DNA of 64,000 bases. Source: the human T2T-CHM13v2.0 reference genome, Homo sapiens. Made by a program: the position numbers and the translations under genes. Under the pieces are notes generated by a model. That model saw nothing but the letters and a program-made list of their open reading frames with translations. It had not been told where the DNA came from and ran no database searches. The number at the start of each line of letters is the position of its first letter. The stretch's first letter is position 1. Location of the stretch: NCBI RefSeq assembly GCF_009914755.1, contig NC_060928.1, one strand, 5' to 3'. Below, piece after piece: positions 45,266 to 61,554 of this stretch.

Positions 45266-48191
45266 AAAAGGCCACACACCAGCGGGACTAGTGCTTGCAC
45301 TTCGAGTATTCATATTTTGGCCATCACCTGGCCTTTGCTAATTACAATAAAGAATTTCAGAAAGAGAGTTCTTTTGGTTAAATTAGGAGTCATCTTAATC
45401 AGCACCATGAATGTGGAAACAGGCTAGTGAAAATAGTGATACTCAAGATAATGTGGATTGGTTAAAATATTTGTCACCTTCCCCACCCTAACATGAACAG
45501 AGTAAAAGAACTGATTGAGGCCTCCATCCTGAATGCTTTGTGTGAGGTTTCATACCTAAATGGTCCTGTGCCCTTCCCCTACATTAGTAGAAATGCAGAC
45601 AGAATGGAAGGGAATGTTGAGGGGAGAAATGAACAAACTAGCGTTCCAGGACAGAGATGCTGTGATGCTTTGCAGAATTTCTTAAACATGCAATAATCAA
45701 TTTTTAAGATCTTGAATGCATTTTTTTTCGAATACATACAGTAGAGACAGACTATTGGTTATCCTAAAGCCTACATATACTAAAAGAACCAATTTAAAGG
45801 AGAACACATGCTTATCTACCCCCAAACCCTATCCAACACAAAAATACACTTCCCAGCCACAAGTGCAAAATCTCTCAATTTATGCTATGACTTTGTTCTC
45901 TGCATTGCACTGAATAATGTATCTAAAAGTAGCCGAGTCTCTTTCACTGTCCAATTTTCATACAGTAGCACATTGTAGCAATCTGTTGATAAATACCGAC
46001 CCTGTAGTACTTCTAGATTAAATTTTTAAAACATACCTCTAGAGATTTTTAATGATTTCCATTTAAATCATTTTCAGGTTTTTGCAAAACTACAATTTAA
46101 GCATCTTCAAAATGTGGGGTTTAGTCTGACACAAATATCTTAATTATTTTAATATTAAATTATTTGTCCACTTTCAATACGGTATGTCCATTTTTTTAAG
46201 TACCCAGCTAATTGCTTTTCCAAACTCTATACTGAGCGACAAGGAAGAAAACATTCAAATCAATGGACGATAACATTGACAACTGCTGGGGCTTCTGTAA
46301 TATTAAATACTGAAGATGAAGCCACCAATTGTACAGACTGAACTGAGGTTTCTTTGCATAATTCCTTAATGAAATGAGACTGCTACACTAGAAGTTGGGC
46401 AACCCTGACCTAGATTCTTACAGTAAGAATAGCTGCCCTAGATGTCTGTCAAGATTGTGCATTAGAGTGTATTCTTAATCAGTGAACAATCAAAACAAAT
46501 ATTTCACTTCACTTCAGAAATTCATGTCGTGTGATAGCATCTGACACATCTAGGAGAAGATAATCCCTTACAGTTCACTTCCTCCTGTTTCTAAATGTAG
46601 GCTGCATTGACTTAAATAGGGTTCTCCACTTTGTCCTGGACTGGAGAGAGTATTCAGAGGATCTGGTGAAACGAGAATTCCTAACTGGTTCTTGGAGTAG
46701 GAATTATGAGAACCAGGACCCCTTGCCTAACCAGGACTGAGAATGCCAGAGTGGGTAGAATTTTCTCAAATTAAGCACAAGAAAAAAATCAATGTGGTAT
46801 TCTTTTCAACAGAAATAAGAGTATCAGTATGTATTTCGACATTGTTTATTTCAGTATCATTGACAGTGGCAAAAAAAAAAAAGGAGAGGAAATCACCTCA
46901 ATCTCCAATCAGTAGGGAAATGATTGAATAAATTATTGCCCCTTCATTCATGGATTATTTTGCAATTAGAGAAGCAACATAACTCAGAGATTAAAAGCCA
47001 GACTGCCTGTTTCTTACTCTACCACTTCCTAAGCTCGGTAACACACAAATTATTCAATTTTCATTCTCAAACTGAAAATGCCAATAATAATAGTAGCTAC
47101 TTCACAGAGTTGCTGAAAGGATTCAATATAGTAAAGTCTTTGTAAGAGTAATTTGGACATCCTAAACATTCAATAAAGAAAGCTATTAATAATTAAAAGA
47201 CTTAATTAAGCCTAATTAGATCCAATAACTGAATTGGATGGCTGTCCTTGGCAAAGTAATGCTCCAAGTAGAATAATATGAAAAAGTAACCCTACATATC
47301 TATATAAATTTGCCTTGTACAGAAAAAGGTATGTAAGGGTACACAAATTATTAACATTGGTTACCTTAGAGGTGGCCTTGGAGGAAGAAGATGAAGGGAG
47401 AATAATCTTTTTTCTATGTATACTTTTGTGTTACATTTATGATAATAAGCACAAGTTACTTATGTAATTTATTAAATCCAGTAAGGTAAAAAAAAATGTA
47501 TGTATTAATATCTAAGCACGTATTTGGATACTTAAAGTCAGGGGACATTTGGCCTTGGGCCTACACGTGGGAACCAGAACTGGGGTTGGGAAGGAAAAAT
47601 GGCTGTGTTGCAGGTCAGGCCTGATACGGCATCTCCTGAACCATTCGTCTATGTAGCAAGGCTGCAGACCCGTAGAGGACAATGACTGTGTTGGTCACCT
47701 TAACTGTGTCAGTGCCCACAGATGTTACATGAATGGATGCCTCCATCCCAGCGGGCATATGATTTTGTATGTGTCAGTGAAGATGGTCTAAGTTATATTG
47801 TGGAGGCTTAAACAACACAGATTTCTCTCTCATTCTTGCCACATCTTGAGTGCAGATCAGCTACAGCTCCATGTCAGGCTTCACTGGGGACCTAGGAGGC
47901 GGAACTCCAGCCTTCATCTGGAGTGTTGCTGAGCTCATGCAGAGGGAAAAGAGAGAATGGAGAGCTACATATTGGCTCTTAAAACTTTGTCTGAAAGTGG
48001 CTCATCTCTTCTGCTACTTATTTATTTGCCAAAGAAAGTCATATGGGTGTATCTGAGTCCAACAGGGTAGAGATGTGTAATCTTCCACCATGGAAGGCAC
48101 TCATGTGGATGAAAGGTAATGTAATCTACCATACTGCACTTCTCCACTGTTCTGTGTTATCCACACATATTCTCCCTTTTCTTCTTCAGAA

Positions 48192-48500
48192 CCAGTCTAG
48201 AATCTCTTTCCTGAAAACCTTGGGGCTAGATGCATTTCAGAATTCAGAATTTTTTGATTTTATAGTGCAATCATATTTAGGTAATACCCTGAATGGGATT
48301 TGAACAGCACCTTGTACTAGTATTTCTGTAGCAAAACACATAAATATCCACATTAAATGACATAAATAACTAGAAATAGCTTCATTTTAGTTTAGGTCTG
48401 GTATTTCCACCAAATAAGTTTGTACCAAACTTACAGAAAAATTTAGGATTTTCAGGGCTTTCTGGAATTCAGAATTGCAGGTAATGGATTGTGGGCAAAT
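48192..48500. mobile_element. MER46C-like Tigger DNA transposon
   Basis: CCTTGGGGCTAGATGCATTTCAGAATTCAGAATTTTT ... GAATTGCAGGTAATGGATTGTGG. Confidence 0.7.
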
Positions 48501-48769
48501 ATAACCAAGAATTAGCTATAGAGTAAATCTGCTTTAATGTCTCTTTCTCCAACAGAAAAAAAGCAAAACTCAAATAAGTAAGGAGTTTAAAAGGAAAATG
48601 ATATATTTTGGCAGTGCCATGAGACTTCCGTTCTACTTCCTGTCAGGAACAGTGTGAATTATGTCACCATTTAAACCCAAGAACACAAAGCATCCAAAGA
48701 AAATCAAACCGAATTTAAACATCCTTCAAATTTCTCTTTATTGTAGGTTTGACATAATTTATATCAAAT

Positions 48770-48833
48770 ATAATAGTTTATGTGAATAAACTCCAGGTAA
48801 GATAATAGTTTATCTGAATAAACTCCAGGTAGG
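48770..48833. repeat. 32-bp tandem duplication (2 copies)
   Basis: ATAATAGTTTATGTGAATAAACTCCAGGTAAG / ATAATAGTTTATCTGAATAAACTCCAGGTAGG. Confidence 0.9.
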
Positions 48834-48924
48834 GGTTTATTCCAATGTTTATTCCAGAATTTGGACCAAATAAGCAATAGATGCTAGGGCAATCATCCTA
48901 AATACATGTAAAAAAAAGAAACTT

Positions 48925-49296
<372 letters not shown>

Positions 49297-50820
49297 TCAT
49301 CCATGGCTAATGAGATTGGTCGGCCTCCTAAGAACTATGGCAGTCAATATTTCACGAGGTGGTGTGTGGAAATGAGCAAGATGTATGATTCTCAATTCCA
49401 ATACTTACTTACTGCTAAGATTTACAACACCCTGAGCACTCATTTCTTATGTATAAGATGAGTTTAGGAAACAATATTGCCTATCCTACTACATCACAAG
49501 ATTGCTGTGCAGTTCAGATGAGAAAACATTTGCAAACTTACAGCTTCCTACAAGTACTAATCACTACTAAGATGGTTGCTCCTTGAAACTGTCCTAGGAA
49601 AGATAGTAGAATCTCTTTTCTGTCCATCCTGCTCCCACATAAACACATACAGAGACCAACTTAAGGATTCACTGGGCTCCTCTTATCTTAAGGTATATTC
49701 TGCTCCTTTAAAAATGATGTAAAAACATATGTTCTTATCCAGGTTTGGCTTTGTCTTAAGAGTCTGTTTGCTTTCTCTAGTTCCTTCTATTTAGGAAGAA
49801 AATTTCTAATTTATTTCTTGAAAAACTTTGTTAGTGATATCAACCTCAGTTCATTTGCCATGCTGCAGTGACCACCAACAAGAAGTCAAATTAAATCAGT
49901 TAAAAACAGAAAATAAAAAAGGATGAATTAGCACCATGCTAGTTCAGCTTGGGCTTTAATTCAGATAAGACACTAATATCCCAATATTAGGAACATAGTT
50001 GCAAGAAGTTAAGGCAGCAGGGTCATAAGTGATTTTCCTCTCACTTTATAATATATAAGAATTGGGATGAAAAAAAATATGTATCTATTCGTTCCATTCT
50101 TCAATCTTGTTTACCAAGAAATTTTAGGTGGAAAAGTTGGCTCTTATGACATTTGAGTTGGGGGGAGGGATAAGAGTGTTTATTTTGGAGTTAGAATCAT
50201 CAATTATAGTGGCCTCTTCTAGATTTTAAGCCTCAGTATTATTCAACTTAAGTATCTGATTTAGAGAGGTTTTTTTTACCCTTCTATGTATAGTTCATAT
50301 TACAGAGGGTGTGGGAGGAATAATGCTATTAAGTCAGTATTTTGGAAGGGCAAATCTATTTTTATTTGTTATTCCTAAGAGCTGAAAAGAATGTAGGAAA
50401 TATCTCTTGATAACTACAGGGAACTACATGAATTACTGTAAACAGAAATGGAATCACAGCTTTCATGTTCTTTTCTCCAAATGATTTTCCTTCAAGGTTC
50501 CAAACCCTAAAATACAGATTTCCTTTTTAAAATGCCAAAGTCTGTACACAGCTTCATCCACACTTGAACAACAATAATTGGGTAGCTACTACACAGGAAA
50601 TATGAGAGTGAGCAAATCAACATAGTGCCTGCTGACATAGAGCTTAAGTGAAGGTTTCAGTAAGATCTAGGTTCTGATGGAAACAGAAGCTGGAGAGCCA
50701 GGAGGGGTCAGTACCCGAGGCCTGCTTTCCTAGGTGGGGATCTGATAGATACTGCCAATGAGAGAGGCAAGGGCAGGTGAACAAGACTGCAAGATTCAGC
50801 CATATAAGAAGAGCACCCCA

Positions 50821-52258
<1,438 letters not shown>

Positions 52259-54929
52259 AAGAAGTGCATCCCAGGGAGGTCAGGTAAGCCGGGAGGCACT
52301 AATTGGTGCCATAGCTCTAGACAGACAAAGCCCAGAGTCCAGAATTATCAGAGAGATTCAGCAAGAAGGCAGGAACCAGTGGGCAACACTGTCAGAGACC
52401 CTGAAGTAGAAGCCCTTTGCTCTCTGCCTTATTCTATCCTCCCTCCCAACTCAGTGTGGGCAGCCTTGCTGCATCCCCTAGAAGTGTATGTAAGCACCAC
52501 AGTCGGAGGTCTGCAAGAATGTTCTAACTTTGATTGGCACCAAAGCAGAGCTGCTAGGCTCTCTATGAGGTCAGGATGGTGGCATGTCCAAGACCTCAGG
52601 GCACCCAAATGTTTTCTCTTGTAGCCAGAAAGAAACATCCAGAGCTTAAACAAGTGAGCCGTAACCCTCTCACTCTGCTCATGATGAATCTGGGCAGCGC
52701 AGTGGAGAAGCAACAGTTTCTAAGTTAGTAGTGAGTGTTCACATACTCCCAATGTTAGAGTAACCTGAAAAATTTGGGGAATAAATCTAATATCTTTTTC
52801 TAAGATGTCATGTGACTATATCATGAACAGTAATGCTTCTATTAAATAAAATAGAGAGTGACTTTTCACTGATATACTTTATTAGGAATTATGTTGCTAG
52901 ATACAGGAGTTATATAATAGGTATAGTGCTGTTCAAGTTGTCAGGAAAAGAAATGGATCAGAGCAGGAAAATATGTTTAAATGCTTCTTAGATACCACCA
53001 AACGGGTTGAAAGCCATGAAGAGGGATCATGATATGACTTTCTGTTTCGCGCACCAAGGAAAATGGGCCGACTGCATATGCATCTGGCACCACAGTTTTA
53101 CTGCAGGCTTGCCTCACCACAGTGGCAGAAGGGCTGGCTAGCTGAAGGCCCAGGAGCTGTACAGAGCAGCAGATGAAATTGGCTGCGGCTCAGATGCAAT
53201 TCACAGCCTACAAAACAGCCCACTTCCCTGTGGGGTTTTCTTCAAGGTCAGGACTATGCTCAGAAAAAAACCTCCCGTGCATGAGTCAGGCAGCCAAGTA
53301 CAATTGTGGTTAAGACCCTCTGGCAGTGGTTAAGACCCATGACCTCCTGGGTCATGACACTGTTTGAGCCATTGCTTTGTCATCTCACCACGTTAAGAGT
53401 TTCCCATGGCCACCCAGGAGCCCTTCCCCACCACTAAGTCAGTCTCCTTGAAGCTCACTAGCTTTGCCATTTGTCTGGCACAAAGAGTACCACATTTATA
53501 CTTTCTAACTCCAATTCAGCCATTTGTGGCAGCAAACTATATCTTCCATCCAATATCATTTGGAGCTTACAGTATGTTTCATCACTTCAGTCCATGCTAC
53601 TCTGATACCAGCCATCGCTTTCATAATGCACAATCAGAAGACTCTAAGTAAGCATGCCTCAGAAAATGGGCCCTGATTGCTTTCAAACAAACCACAGAGC
53701 CCAGACCTTCTCCCTGCTATTCCGATCTTGTAGCTCTGTGGTAGGGTCCAGGGATCAAAACGGCGTTTCAGGTTATTCTAATGCAGGTCAAAAGACCTTA
53801 CTTTGAAGAGTCTGAAATTATATCCCCTGGCCTTTGGACATATTTTAAACTAAAGTCAGAAAATGCAAAAAACACCATAAATTCAATTTCAACAGAAATT
53901 CTGATGTGGTCCTGTCACTGGTGGTTTTATCTGCGATATAAATGCTCTGAAGTCTAGCATTCATCTTTAGCATCTCAAGCCATTGACAAAAAGTCATAAC
54001 TATTTTATGCAAATCATGATCCACAAACGACCAAAGAAACTCATTACCTTATATATGATGGACAGGTGCTGAGGGAAATTAAGCATTATATCATATCACC
54101 TAACCCCACATATTTTCCCATTTGGGTTCATAACCCATCATCTTGAACTTTTACTTTGTTTTAGTAGCGAGAATAATACTAGATTTATGCTTCAAGGCAA
54201 TGTGCCTTGTGTAATGCAGTGCTTAATTTATGGTTGCTTTTAAAGCTGGTGATGCCAAACTTTGAATGAACTACTTTATTTTTCATCGTTTTAATTTCAA
54301 ACTTCCTTTTGAGCCCAAATTTATTTTGCACTTCTACAGATGTTCTCTACCCTTTTTTATATACCACTACTATTAAAAGGTTATTTGGAATACAGAATGT
54401 ATTATGTCTGCAAAAACTAAAGGAAAAGGGCAGAGGAAGATGAAGAGAAAAGAATAATAAAAGGGAAAAGGAGGAAAAGAAGAGGAAGAAGATAAAGAAA
54501 GGGAGGAACATGTCATCTGACCAGTCCCTTCCATGCAAAATTTGCTACTGTTCTTTTGTACTCCAGCAGTGCTCAATGACATCTTGTCCCACCTACCACC
54601 TTCACCCTTCCCTGCCACTTGCCCTATGACATGAAGTCCACACTATCTCTCCCAACCCCAATGATCTAGCCCAAGTGATCCCAAGAGGCTCTCAGAGATT
54701 CAGCAAATACTCAAACACACCTGGAGCCCAGCCCTCCACCTTCTTCTTGGAGAGGAGACCACTACAGGTAAGGCAAAGGCTTCTGTTCTTGCTCATGTTG
54801 GGCATGCCCCCCTTGTCTCACCTATGCTCCATCCAGCAACAGGGAGTTCACATGCTGCTCAGATCTGGCCATACTCCTGGTTTCTGAAGAGTAATTCAAC
54901 CTCTGTCCCAGCCGCCCTGACTTGACACT

Positions 54930-55710
54930 CAATGAACACTTATAAGCATAATTAAGTGTAGGTACTGTTTTTGATGCTGGGATGGAGAGTTTAATAAGAT
55001 TAGAAGCTTACAGTAGAGTAGGAGGGACAGACATAAAAACGGATAGAGAGCCCCACTGAAAGAGATGATGGAAGATTTCCTTAATCACCAGCATTGAGTC
55101 TTGAAGCATGAGCTAGCCAACTGAAGTAGTCAAATCCAGGGTTATATTACAAGACAAAAAAAAGGGGCCTAATGAAAGGCATGGAGCTGTGAAATATTTG
55201 GGGGTGCGGGGTGTACAATCAGCTCAGGAATATAAATATGGACCTGGAGACTTGGTGCATGAAGCTGAAGACCAGGCAGAGGCCAGAAGGCAGGGGGCTG
55301 AAGCCCTCCCTGGGTGGCTTGGATTTAATTTATGAGCAGTGAAGAACTGCCAATGAGTTTTTTTGTTTAAGGTATGCTCTGCCAGATTAGCAATTTAGGA
55401 AGCACCTATGGTGGTGGTGTAAATCCTGCATGTGAGGTGGGGTGGGTAGGTGATAGGGGAGCGAGATCCAAAGTATCAAGGCCATCTGGAAGCTTCTGCA
55501 ATAGAACAATCCTGAACTGATGAGGGTCCAAATAGGGACAGAGTGAGCATAAAGGGGAAGAAATGGATTTGAACAACTCTTTAGAGGCTAAATCAATTGC
55601 GCATGCCAGAGAAGAATTCTAGGAAGAGTCCCAGGTTTCTGATTCATATGACTCAGCAGTGAGTTTACTGGAACAGAGAAGAAGGAGAAGAAATTTACTT
55701 GGGGATGTAA
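54930..55710 (-). mobile_element. L2 fragment
   Basis: Diverged antisense L2 motifs: AGCTTACAGTAGAGTAGG..CAGACAT..GAAAGGCATGGAG..GAGTCCCAGGTTTCTG. Confidence 0.55.
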
Positions 55711-56412
55711 GGAGTTATTTATGAATTCATTATGAGCTCCAAACCCCTTTACACAAGCCACGCAATCCCTGCAAATTTGGAAGACTTTAAAAATGTTACT
55801 GGCAGTATCATAAAAGAACTATTTTCCCAAAGGGTTTGTTCACTGCAGTTTCATTGTCTGGAATTCAATTTGTACTTTCCTAACTCCATTATTATTACGG
55901 ACATAAGCAGGGAAGGTGTGTTCTGCTTTCAACACTGATTTCATCACTCTGCTCATTTGATGCTAAACAGTAAACCCTCAGCCTTGGCTCCTGTCCACGT
56001 TTACCCATCGGTGTTCTTGGTGTCAAGGATCTGCTGCTGTGCTGGCCAGTGATTCAGCCAAGCTCTGGGGGCAGACAGGACAAGGGCTCCACAGGGTTGT
56101 TAAGAGAAAATCTTCAGTATTGTTTCTGTAATATCTTATTTCATACGTTTAAAGATCAAATATGACAATTTAAAAATAAATATTAATTCTAGATAATAGT
56201 ATCCACAAATATTTATTTTCTGTATATTTCTTTTTTTAATCCTCAGATTTAATTTTTACAAGACCAGATCATAAATGTCTTCCATCTCCTTATTCCCACC
56301 AATCATCCTGCCCTTCTTCCCAAACACAAAACCCAGGGAGCTTTCTTCTTTCTTTGATAACTGTCAATTTGTTGCTTAAGGAAAGGAAAGAATGCAAAAA
56401 AAAAAAAAACTA

Positions 56413-56845
<433 letters not shown>

Positions 56846-57040
56846 TATATATAATATGTTATATATAAAACATATGTATTTATATACATATATATTTTTA
56901 AATTTGAGTTAACTTACCACTTTCAATACATGTTTACTCTCCAAGAAAATGTACAAAGAGTTTAAGATATCAGTTCAAACTTCTTGGTACAATCTTTTAA
57001 AGAACGATTGATCCAAAATATCCTTCAAAGGTTTGACTAA

Positions 57041-57472
57041 TGCCCCAGTTCAGCTTCCTGAGAAGCATGGAAGTTGCATGCAGGACACTTATTAGGCAGT
57101 GCTCTCAAGATCAATGACTGGAGGGGAGGGAGGAAACCAGCATTGGGCAGAGGAAGGAGTTGGGTCACAATGCAGGGACAACAATGGCTTCAGCTACTCC
57201 TAATGACGCTTCAGAGTTGTTCCCGTTAGGGCTGAAGGGACCAGGCCTTTATACCGCTGCATCAACCAGACACCCTAGTCATTAGACGCATTGGGGATAG
57301 GAGGGCGACCTTGGGTAAAGAGTCAGCAAGTTCAGCAAGAGTCCGCAGCCAAGGGCAAGTCCCAGAAGCTGAGTGCTGTCCACAGCCAACACTCCTACAG
57401 CTGGGGTAATAAGTCTTTCCGTAATAAGTCTCTCCATAATAACGTAACAGAGGGCTTCTGATAAGCACACCA
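57041..57472 (-). mobile_element. LTR16A-like LTR
   Basis: TTTATT-like/GGCAGTGCTCTCAAGATCAA..CATTGGGCAGAGG..CCAGGCCTTTATACC motifs. Confidence 0.65.
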
Positions 57473-57685
57473 CACTACACTTAAGTTCTAAGAAAGTCAG
57501 CAAAACTGTCAATAATTACATCTGAATTAATGTAAGCATGGTGACCTTAAGCAAGTCACTTAATGCTATGGGGTTCATTTCCCCTATGTATCAAATGAGG
57601 CAGGATAGATCTTTGTCAAGTTTCTTCAACCCTAAAGGTCTAGATATGGCCAAATTTCTCACACTGTAGAGATGCATTTTTATAA

Positions 57686-58071
<386 letters not shown>

Positions 58072-58998
58072 ATTTATGCTTACTTTATATGACCTGAATT
58101 AGTGGAGCCACTTGGAATGTCTGGGCATTCGAAGGAAAATTTATAGAAAGATATTTCTTTGTTTTAGTGACACATTATTTACCATACCTTCGATTTATTT
58201 GATTCTAAGACAATTGGTAGGAATATGTAGGTCTTCCATTGTGGTGTTATTCTCATTAGAAAATAGGATTTAAAAAAATCCTTTTGAGGACACAGTCTCC
58301 ATTGAACATGTTGAGGGGAAAAAGCCAGGACTTCTGGTAGTACATCACCAATGCAGAGGACACAGCCAGAATAACAATGACATAATGCTCTTTATCAGTA
58401 CAGTAAGAACTAAAGGAACATCCAGAGGAAATACAGGCTACTTCAGGAAATAGGCTGTTACAGTCATCTAACATCTCACAAAACAAACAAAGCCTTTTGG
58501 ATTTGTTAGATATTTCCAAGGCTTCCACTAATCAGGACTGTCAACAGCAGAGAAGGAGAAATAGGAGGATTCTGAACATCTTAGAACTCTGGGTAGCAAA
58601 TGAAATTGGCAAAGCAATAGTGATGTTGAGTTTTCTGGAGTTGGTGTCAGTGCCCAGATTCTGTTCACCTTAACTCAAAGGGAAAGTTTTCTCTTTTCAT
58701 TCCCTCTTATCAAAATTTATCTCTATATTGTCATATATTTTTAATGGCCATATTCAGGGACATGCAGGAGATAGGTTGAGAATAGACTGCACTACACACT
58801 AAGGTGCTCCGCCTCCTTCCTAGTGACCACTAGCCTTGGAGGAGATGTAGAGGCGAAGGCTTGGAATACAGACAAATACCTCACTGTGGTACTGAGCGCA
58901 GGCCATTCTTGGTCCCTAAGTGATTCAAGCCACCTACTCATTTCCAGAAAACATTTCCAGAGATGAGAAAAAATGGCTCATTTCAATTGCCCGACCGA

Positions 58999-59714
58999 TG
59001 GCATAGATGCAGTGAAAAGAGAACACTTTTGCACTGCTGGTGGGAATGTAAACTAGTACAACCATTATGGAAAACAGTATGGAGATTCCTTAAAGAACTA
59101 AAAGTAGATCTACTATTTGATGCAGCAATCCCACTATTGGCTATCTACCCAGAGGAAAAGAAATCATTATATGAAAAAGATACTTGCACATGCGTGTTTC
59201 TAGCAGCACAATTTGCAATTGCAAAAATATAGAACCAGCCCAAATGCCCATCAATCAATAAGTTGATAAAGAAAATGTAGTAAATGTATATGTATATATG
59301 TATATGTATATATGTGTGTGTGTGTATATTTATATACATATCATGAAATATTACTCAGCCATAAAAAGGAATGAAATAATGGCATTTGCAGCAACCTGAT
59401 GGAATTGGAGACTATTATTCAAAGTGAAGTAACTCAGGAAGGAAAACCAAACATTGTATGTTCTCACTCATAAGTGGAAGCTAAGCTATGAGAACGCAAA
59501 GGCATAAGAATGACACAGTGGACTTTGGGGACTTGGGGGAAAGGGTGAGAAGGGGGTGAGGGACAAAAGACTACATATTGGGTACAGTGTATACTGTTCA
59601 TGTGGTGGGAGCACCAAAATCTCAGAAATCATCACTAAAGAAGTTATTCATGTAACGAAATACCAGCTGCTCCCTAAAAACCTGTTGAAATATAAAACAA
59701 ATTAAAAATAAATA
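58999..59714 (+). mobile_element. L1PB-like 3' fragment with an internal (TA/TG)n tract
   Basis: Peptide [27 protein letters not shown] and L1PB-type 3'UTR; TSD AATTGCCCGACCGA / AATTGTCCAACTGA. Confidence 0.9.
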
Positions 59715-59826
59715 AATTGTCCAACTGAGTCACTGACCTGGGGAGTCTGCATAAGACATGATATACCCTGCAGCGTTACATTGCAGGAGAAAAATATTGC
59801 CATCTTCTTTCAGGGAGGATTTTTTA

Positions 59827-60140
<314 letters not shown>

Positions 60141-60496
60141 GACACTGTGAAGTGGAGTGTGGACATATCTCACAAAGACTTGGCTTATTGAATGAAAACT
60201 TTAACAAAACAAGCAATTACCCAGGAAGGATGGAGAATGTGAGTTACCTTTGAGATGGAAATGGCTCCTCTGCATTTGGAAGCCCATCCTCTCTTTTTGG
60301 CAAAGGTCAGGAAAGCCTCTCTGCTGGAAAATAACAAACAAAGAGATGTAGCCACACTAAGTCACAGTGAGCCCACCAAGGGCCCCTGGTGGGTGGAGGG
60401 GTCTGAGCAGGTGTGCTGGGCTGAGCTGCCAGCCTCGCCTGGCCTTAAGCTGGATGTTCCTCCACAGGCCCTTTCCCTGCCTTCAAGAGGGAGCCT

Positions 60497-60626
60497 GGCT
60501 GGGTGTGGTGGCTCACACCTATAATCCCAGGCCTTTGGGAGGCTGAGGCAAGAGGACTGCTATACCCCTGGAGCTTGAGACCAGCCTGGGCAACATGGTG
60601 AGACCCCATCTCTACAAAAAAAAAAA
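60497..60626 (+). mobile_element. FLAM / Alu left monomer
   Basis: Single monomer ending in poly-A. Confidence 0.85.
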
Positions 60627-60727
60627 GTAGGGGGGAGGGCCTGAGGTGAAAAGAACTCTGAATTCTATGGCATGTGTGCCCAATACAAGAATTAAGAAAT
60701 ATGTTTAATGGCATGCTATAAAAAATG

Positions 60728-61445
60728 CTACCTCACACCCATTAAGATGACTGCTATTAAAAAAATAGTAATAACAGTGTAAGCAAGGATATGGAGAAGT
60801 TGGAACTCTTAGGCACTGACGGTAAGGATGTAACTAGTGTAGGCACTGTGGAAACAGTATGGTAAGTTCCTCAAAAAATAAAAAATGGAATTGCCACCTG
60901 ATCTAGAAATTCCACTTCTGGGTATATAACCCAAAAGAATTGAAGGCAGGGACCCGAACAGATATTAGTACACCCATGTTCATAGCAGCATTATTCACAA
61001 AAGTCAAAAGATGGAATCTACCCAAGTGTACATCAATGGATGAATGGATAAACAAAATGTGGCATATACACTGGAATCTTATTCAGCTTTTAAAAGGAAA
61101 AATCTCACACATGCTACAACATGGATGAACCTGGGGGACATTACACTAAGTGAAATAAGCCAGTCACAAAAAAACAATACAGTGTTATTCCACCTATAGG
61201 AAGTACCTAGTGTAGTCAAATTCTTAGCGACACAGAGTGGAAGGGTGGTTACCAGCGGCTGGTGAAGGGGAGAATGGACAGTTGTTTAATGAGTATAGAA
61301 ATTCAGTGTTACAAAATGAAAAGGGTTCTGGAGATAAGTTTCACAACAATGGGAATGTACTTAACACTAAACTGCACACTTCAACTTGGTTAAAATGGTA
61401 AGTTTTATGTGTTATGTGTGTATTTGACTACAGTTTTTAAAAATC
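60728..61445 (+). mobile_element. L1MB-like 3' fragment
   Basis: CACACCCATTAAGATGACT..ACCCATGTTCATAGCAGCATTATTCACA..AAGGGTTCTGGAGAT..GGTTAAAATGGTAAGTTTTATG. Confidence 0.85.
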
Positions 61446-61554
61446 ATTACTTCATGGGAAAAATTGCCAACTGGTGCAGAGCTGAATGAGTCTTGCCACT
61501 CCTAACTATTGGCTGGAGTCTGTGGTTACAGTCAGTACCACATGGGGTTCCCTG

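Noticed and set aside
54415-54510. Purine-rich GA tract (triplex potential)
   Set aside because: Ordinary low-complexity sequence without clear mirror symmetry.
58407-58673. 88-codon stop-free + frame (ELKEHPEEIQ...)
   Set aside because: No early ATG, no convincing splice pair and no recognisable homology; within chance expectation for 64 kb.
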